64,000 bases of DNA from Octopus vulgaris (taxonomy: Eukaryota). Every line of letters starts with the position of its first letter. The first letter of the stretch is position 1. The DNA lies in the NCBI GenBank assembly GCA_951406725.2, contig OX597814.1, positions 132,866,001 to 132,930,000 on the forward strand. The letters run 5' to 3'. Below, piece by piece: positions 56,939 through 64,000 of the stretch. Below the pieces are notes generated by a model. It was not told the origin of the DNA and did not search any database. It saw only the letters and a list, made by a program, of their open reading frames with translations. A program made the translations under genes and the position numbers.

Positions 56939-56997
56939 GAGCAGCTGATGAGGGATAAATGGTGTCGCTGATGCGAAAACCAAAATCGGTACTGCTC
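56939..56997 (+). ncRNA. decayed hammerhead motif
   Basis: GAGCAG-CTGATGA-GG...CC-AAAA-TCGG-TA-CTGCTC; perfect 6 bp stem I; GAAA>AAAA is consistent with CpG decay. Confidence 0.55.
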
Positions 56998-57756
56998 ACT
57001 CTGGGTTGATAACATTTTTAAAAGAAGAAATGTAAGCATGACGAATACATGAACCAAATACAGAGAGAGCAGCTGTACCCATCACCAGCTGAAATTTACA
57101 ATAATGCTTGATGAAGTGTAGCCTGCAGTAGCATACATAGCCATAGGAAAATATCACAGGATACTGGCGCTCATCTGCAGCAGTGATCAGGAAGCCCGAT
57201 GAATAGCCACAATATGCATCTTCAAGCCTTTCATTATATCTTGTACATATGAGGCAGCGTGTGATTAATGTCAAGTGTATCACTGTACCTCCTAGCTGGG
57301 ACCATACCAGAGTGTCGGGAAAGAAATTTATATGAAACTACCCTAACAACACACACTCATACACATAGACTCAAACAGAATTTAATGGGATTTCGATATT
57401 TTGTATGTTCATAAGATAAATTCCTGGAAATCCAAACTTCTATCATTTCGCAGAGTCCAAACAAGCAGTGCAGGAGATGAGAGAGATTAAAACATCAAAT
57501 ACTGTATTTACGGCAACAAGTACCACCTCAAAACGTTTCATCCCACGGTGGAGAGAGTAAGAGCAGAGACAAACGGTTTTGTTACTTCCAACACCAAAAC
57601 GGTTGCGATCGGAACAAAACAGCAATAGTAGCAACAACAATAGCAACAACAACAACAATAAACTTCAATACACGTACAATTAGAGACTTAAGGACATGTT
57701 GCCTTATCACCGACACTAACATATAAATATTTGTGTGTGTTTATACATACATAGAA

Positions 57757-58143
57757 GTGTCTGTGTGTATGTGTGTGCGTGTGTGTGTGTGTCTGTGTGT
57801 ATGTGCGTGCGTGTGTGTGTATCTGTGTGTATGTGCGTGCGTGCGTGTGTGTCTGTGTGTATGTGTGTGCGTGCGTGTGTGTGTATCTGTGTGTATGTGT
57901 GTACGTGCATGTGTATCTGTGTGTATGTGCGTGTGTGCGTGTGTATCTGTGTGTATGTGTGTGCGTGCGTGTGTGTGTATCTGTGTGTATGAGCGTGCGT
58001 GCGTGTGTATCTGTGTGTATGTGTGTGCGTGCGTGCGTGCGTGTGTATCTGTGTGTATGTGCGTGCGTGCGTGTGTATATGTGTGTATGTGTGTGCATGC
58101 GTGTGTATCTGTGTGTATGTGCCTGCCTGCATGTCTGTCTGCC

Positions 58144-58174
<31 letters not shown>

Positions 58175-58175
58175 G
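57757..58175. repeat. microsatellite-derived minisatellite (~26-30 bp units, TCTGTGTGTATGTGCGTGCGTGTGTA) plus (TCTG)n
   Basis: About a dozen visible units. Confidence 0.9.
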
Positions 58176-58454
58176 TGAGTTTGTCAATAAGCTCCGTCGA
58201 ATTTTCTAAGGACCAGCGAGACTTAAAATAAATGCCTTTGAAGCAGGTTACAGTTGCTTTGCCGACTGTCACCGTGATATATGGGGTGAGCCAGTGTCTT
58301 GCTCTTTGAAAATGTGCAACTAACAACGCGACGTATTTCTAATATAACTATAGATTTATTTTAAATCTGTTGTCTCTGAAGATAGCAATGACTATCAGAT
58401 AAAGGTCATATCGTGATTAAAGTATACCAATATCTAGAACACCAATACAGACAA

Positions 58455-59266
58455 TCTATATATATAAAACTCAACTTGTGTGTCTTTGTGTGTATCTGTG
58501 TGTGCGTGTCAGTGTGTTTAACTTCCCGGCACATCTCCTCCTAGCCAACAAATCGTAGAACCACCAAAAATGGGTCACTTAATGTTTAGGCGAATGAAAA
58601 TTGAACTGCACTATTTCTGTTCCGAAATTCCTCTCGCAAGTGCAAACATCGATAATGTGTTTGCTTAAGCCTTATCCCATGCATTGAATAATGAACTTTA
58701 CTCAGTCAGCTGTTTGACGTGAACTGTGTTCACGCGTGCAAGCCTGTGTAAATTGCATGAAAAATAAAAAATCAAGATATAAAAACGAATCGCCGTAAAC
58801 ATTGTAGAAATTCGGCAAAGAAATGAATTGTCAGGATGCAGCCTGGAGGGTTTTTTCGTATTAATCGTTTGGACTTTGTGAACACATACCAATTGTTTTC
58901 ATAATATTTTTAACGCTTTGAATTAAATGAGACCATTTTGCATTGAGCCTGCAGAATGTACACAGCTACCGGCCCACAAACGACGCTATGGCATCGACAT
59001 CGGCTTAGCATCGGCTCGGCTCGGCTCGGCAAACACGTCTCCCTTTCATCGTAAACCGGCGATTGCCGTACGCCGAAGAAAGGCAAATACCTAGAAACTG
59101 CAGTCCGTGCCTATCACTTAGGTTTACGAGAGAGGGATGACCTCCCTTTGCAAATACCATAAGGGCACTGAAAGTGTGCCTAAAGCCAGCTGGAGACGAT
59201 GATCTCCTGGGGCTAAAAGCTACAGTAACACCCACCCTTAGTGGTTAGCCATATTGAGATGGCTAG
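58455..59266 (+). mobile_element. non-autonomous Helitron
   Basis: A|TCTATATATATAAAACTC 5' end; 3' TAGCCAT-attgag-ATGGCTAG|T hairpin with terminal CTAG; no TSD. Confidence 0.75.
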
Positions 59267-59790
59267 TATACTTTACGTTGTCGAGCGGTTACTGTTTACA
59301 TCTCGTTCAGAGATTTATTATTGCTATAGTTATATCTTTAGCTGTATACTTAACACTTTTTAAAGTTATCAGCTCAATTACTTTATTATATACAGATGAA
59401 AAGCTAGAGAAAATGAATTAGTTTTGTTCATCAAAATCATTTTTTGACTCAGCATCACTGTAATTGTATTAACATATTGATATCAATTTTTATCCAAAGA
59501 AATTAGTCAAAGAACAAAATGTATTGTCATATTAAAATGACAGCGTTGAAGATAATGTCTAATAATTTCCTTATATCATGCTTATGTCGTCTTATCTTCT
59601 CTTTTTTTTTAAATTCACTTTGAAAGTGCAAAATTCATTAACACTATTTCTCTTTTCTTTTCAAGCGTTAGAAAATACGTTAATGGTTATCTTTCTCGTG
59701 TCTCTTACTCCACATTGCATACAATTCCAACCCCTTCTTTTTTCATATCCATCCAGCTTCCTACACCTTGATCCTTGGATCTTACCCCTC

Positions 59791-59827
<37 letters not shown>

Positions 59828-59828
59828 A

Positions 59829-59882
<54 letters not shown>

Positions 59883-60112
59883 GGATAAGAAGGGTTTAAT
59901 TCATTGATGATCTAAACACATCTGCGTAAGTGCTATAATTGCTCATCCGTAAGGTTCCAAGTTCACAGCTGAGGTTGGAGCTAGGAATCCATATTAGGTA
60001 TATATTAAAGGAAAATGGACAACAAAACCAAAGCAGGACGAATATCTCAGGATTATTTAGAGTACTTAATATAAGTAAGGTGAGTCAAAAAGGTAGGAGT
60101 AATTAACGTCAT

Positions 60113-60314
60113 ACTGTTTTGGGGTATCCTGGGTGATGGGTGAGCATCTTCATACGCTGGGTATTCCATCAATAAGGACAAGGTGTGTATGTAGGAAAGT
60201 TCCGGACAGAATTCACAGTGTTGGAAAATTCCTACATACACACATTGTCTCTGATGACGGAATACCCAGTGTACGGAGATGCTGACCCATCACTGGGATA
60301 TCCCACAAACAGCT
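60113..60314. mobile_element. diverged ~90 bp inverted repeat containing a decayed hammerhead
   Basis: 60113-60203 vs 60223-60314. Right arm reads GTCT-CTGATGA-CGGAATACCCAGTG...CACTGGGATATCC-cacAAAC-AGCT-AGAT. Confidence 0.6.
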
Positions 60315-60339
60315 AGATATACATGTATGTATATATGTT

Positions 60340-60740
60340 TTGGTACAAGACCAGCAACTTACAGGGTGGGGGAAAGTCGATTATATCGCTCCAAGCGTTC
60401 ACCTTGTACCTATTAATTCGACACTGAAAGGATGAAAGACAAAGTCGAACCCGGTGACATTTGCACTCAGAATATAAAATTGGAAGAAATGCCGCTAAGC
60501 ATTTTTTTTGGCATGGATTCTCTCAGCTCACCGCCACCCTGTGTTGAATAATCCTTTCTATTATAGGCACATGGTCTGAAATTTTGTGGGAGGGAATAAA
60601 TCGATTATATCGATCTCAATACTCAATTGGTGCTTAATTTATCGACCCTGAAAGGATAAAAAGAAAGTCGACGTCGGCGAAATCTGAATGTGAAGATAGG
60701 CGAAATGCCGCTAAGCATTTTACCCAGTGTGCCACCTTCC
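60340..60740 (-). mobile_element. two tandem decayed family C SINEs
   Basis: Two occurrences of GAAAGGAT(G)AAAG..AAAGTCGA and GAAATGCCGCTAAGCATTT. Confidence 0.8.
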
Positions 60741-62071
60741 CTGAGTTGAATAATATTAATAGAGAAGAGTTTAATGAGTCCGTAACTTTTCTCCCTTATT
60801 TGTGCTCACTCTCATGTTTCAAACCTTAGCCAGAGTCGTGAATGATGTAGTGGGGAAGTGCTTTGGAACTTCATATTTATACAGTCCAGGCTCCGGCTCA
60901 GCGAAAAAGAAAGTCGTCTATATATATTTTTTTTAAAACTTCGAATATTTCGAAGCTTGTCACAGTAGTTTGTTGCATGCTGCTCGCTTTTCAGGAAGAT
61001 TTTCACGCTGCGGACAACATAGGAATGAGGAGCTTGAAACCACTATCCTGTTTGAGTTGTGTGTCATCGTATGAAGAAATTGGCAGGTGGCTTTCTTCTT
61101 CACGTTCATCGACTTCGTCTTCATTGCATTAAGAAACAGACTAATTTGAGCTGCTGCATTCTCAGGCCATGTTAATAAGTATTGTTTATGATGTTAAATG
61201 ATTGTGAAGATAATACGCATAGTCATGGTCGAACGGGTACAGGTTCTGCTGACGTATGGGCCGTTTCTTCTTGGTGGCGAGGCCTTTCTCTTAGATGAGA
61301 TCAAGATATGCAAAAATATTTGTCCATTTCAATCACAAAGAGAAGAAATAATAAAATAAGGTGTTCCAAATGTCTATCACAATAAAGTAAAGTTATTGTG
61401 CACTGTTTTTTTAATAATTCATTCCACTAAACACGGCAGTTATATATGAGTACTACCATAATTTCGTAAAGGTAGATAAAGTGGAAAGACAAAAGTGAAG
61501 GAAAAATATACAGAATATCGGAAGAATTGACAGAAGCAGTTAGAATTGTAAATGATTGATTGAGGTTGTTAGCTTACTAGAATGAACAAAACGGTGTCGC
61601 TTTTATAGTAACCAAATGTGCATCGAGAAATAGATAAATATTTCATCGAAAGCGGAAATTTGAGTGTTTGTACTTTTATTTAGTATTTTTAGAGAAATCA
61701 ACACATAGCAGTTATAGTCATGATGTGCTCTATATTTGTTCAGAGGACGAAAAATAGGGGAGACCTTTAAGAATCCCCCCAAAAATGAAAAAAAATTATA
61801 CCGAGCTGAACGATAATTAAATGTAATAAAATGAAAAAAAAAATCGGTAATATATTTACATTAAAGATAACATATTATTACAAAAAACGAATAAATTGAT
61901 TAATGACTAACTATATGTGACGTTTGTGAAATAATTCCTTCTGAATAGTGCCGAGAAAAGGTCAAACCAAATATAAATTCACAAATCATGATTATACATC
62001 AGATAATTATATTAAGTAACAACATAGTAATAATAGTCCTTTCTTTTTCTTTCCCACTACTCTTCTTTATT

Positions 62072-62114
<43 letters not shown>

Positions 62115-62116
<2 letters not shown>

Positions 62117-62927
62117 ATAGAAACTTCTACATGAACCAGCAACTTTGGAAAAGCGTAGTTGGTTTGACGAAACTGAGATTGAGCTTTTCAGCAGAAATCC
62201 GAGTAGCAAGGTTTGGAGAACGGCATGGAATATGCGTCCAAGAAAACTATCCCTACAGTCAAATTCGGAATCGGAACAGTAATGGTATGGACTTGTTTTT
62301 GCTCACCAGATGTTGGAAGAATAGAAGCAATTGAAGGAACAATGGATGGTGGAAAATATAGGGGATTTTTGAGAGATTTTTAATACCACATGCTCGCTCC
62401 CTAAACTTGGAACAAGGATGAGCCTTTCAACAGGATAATGACTCAAAGCACACAGTAAATCTGACCAAGAGTTGGCTGAAAACAAATGGAACTAATGTTC
62501 TGGGATGGCCAAGTCAATCTCCAGGGCTTAATCCAGTCGAACATTTGTGGAAAGAGTTGAAACTCAGAGATAAAAACTGAAACCCGCGTAACTTACAATA
62601 ATTCAAAAGAATTTGTGTAGAAGAATGGAGAAAAATAATCACCACATGTAAAAAGTATTTAGGAGACTACTCAAGCTCTTATCATCAACAAGGGTTATAC
62701 AACTAAATACTAATTTGGTTGTATAAATGTGTTGTAAACTTTTGCGTTTTGAAGTCCAACTGTTTTCCATGTACAATTGTTTTTGTTCATTATTATGTAA
62801 TTCTGACTGTTGCATTGAATTTATTACAAAAAAAAACTTCATGAAAGGTAGAAATTCCATTAATCTGCGTAACCTCGATATATGTAAATTTGGAATTTTG
62901 ACTGTGCGTTGTAAACTGTGCCACTGT
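62115..62927 (+). mobile_element. Tc1-like transposon 3' half
   Basis: [10 protein letters not shown] and [19 protein letters not shown] motifs; ends ...CACTG|TA. Confidence 0.88.
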
Positions 62928-62939
62928 ATACATACATAT

Positions 62940-63250
62940 ATCACCGTGATCACCGTGACCCACCAGGCTATCAGATGTTGTTAAACATCGCTGGTCACAA
63001 TGCGCTTCGTATTGGTTTAGCCTTCAAATGACGCCACCTCGCTGGCTAAGCGAGCAGGCCAAGAGAAGAAAGAGTGAGAGAAAGCTGTGGCGAAAGAGTA
63101 CAGCAGGGATCGCCACCACCACCCTGCCTGAGTCTCGTGGAGCTTTAGGTGTTTTCACTCAATAAACACTCACAACGCCCGTTTTGGGAATCGAAACCGC
63201 AATCCTACGACCGCGAGTCTGCTGCCCTAACCACTGGGCCATTGCGCCTC

Positions 63251-63252
<2 letters not shown>
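62940..63252 (-). mobile_element. family B SINE (tail type 3)
   Basis: Same tRNA head and body as 7737-8122; different tail ending in (TCACGGTGA)-type repeats. Confidence 0.88.
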
Positions 63253-63336
<84 letters not shown>

Positions 63337-63359
63337 CAGAGAGACAGAGAGACAGAGAG

Positions 63360-63393
<34 letters not shown>

Positions 63394-64000
63394 ATACATA
63401 CATACATATTAATGATTTAATGCTCAGTTGTAAGAAAATAAACCTAATAAGATGGGTTACTCCATACATTTGTAGAGTACAAATTCAGCCAGCTAACACA
63501 TCATCGGACGATGGCTTAGCTGGGCGAAACTTCGAAGTTTTGGGTATTTTGCGATGGGAGTTCAAACCCTAAGGTCGTAAATATTGCCGTTTGTCCTTTC
63601 AGGTTCGACAATGGCAGTCTAGGATGATGAGCGTTTTTTAGTACTTATTCAGGTTGAATTATTTGGAATTGAAATGCCATCTCCTGTCAGGATAGAAAAC
63701 GAAATCAATGACGTACCTGCAAGACGTTGTAACCGAAAAAAAGTGGGGAAAAAACTAAATGACTTGAACTTTACTTTCCTTTATTCAGCTGATCGAAATA
63801 TAGTAGAACTCGTAATGACTTTGGACATAATACGAACGATACAAGTAATCAATTTGTTGAACCTCTAAGTCAGGACATGGTGAACGACGACATTCGAGAC
63901 CACTGCAGCTCGTTAGATGACTCAACTAACGCACACACACACACACACACAACCGTATTAAACGCACACACATACACCCACAACCGTATTAAACACTCAT

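Noticed and set aside
56996-57283. 95 aa minus-strand ORF
   Set aside because: No recognisable motif or splice structure.

Overview
AT-rich, microsatellite-dense animal genomic DNA with no host protein-coding gene that I can support. The SINE, LINE and simple-repeat landscape suggests an octopus or related cephalopod (inference). The window is almost entirely transposon-derived. It holds a 5'-truncated R4/Dong-clade RLE LINE in (TAA)n, a young GC-rich RTE (BovB-like) LINE nested in a SINE with a TSD, an old RTE with an inverted 5' endonuclease piece, an L1/Tx1-type relic, mariner and Tc1 relics, three Helitrons, and many modular tRNA-derived SINEs. A 5.5 kb near-identical duplication flanks a 100-N gap and is most likely an assembly artefact. 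The most striking signal is about ten type-I hammerhead ribozyme motifs, ranging from nearly intact to decayed and belonging to several unrelated sequence families. They sit in short non-coding elements that often form divergent inverted repeats and often abut (TA)n tracts, including the TA tracts inside SINEs. One motif lies downstream of a Penelope-type GIY-YIG relic. This suggests a population of non-autonomous Penelope-like or retrozyme-like elements. All motifs and coordinates were read by eye; no folding or database search was run.
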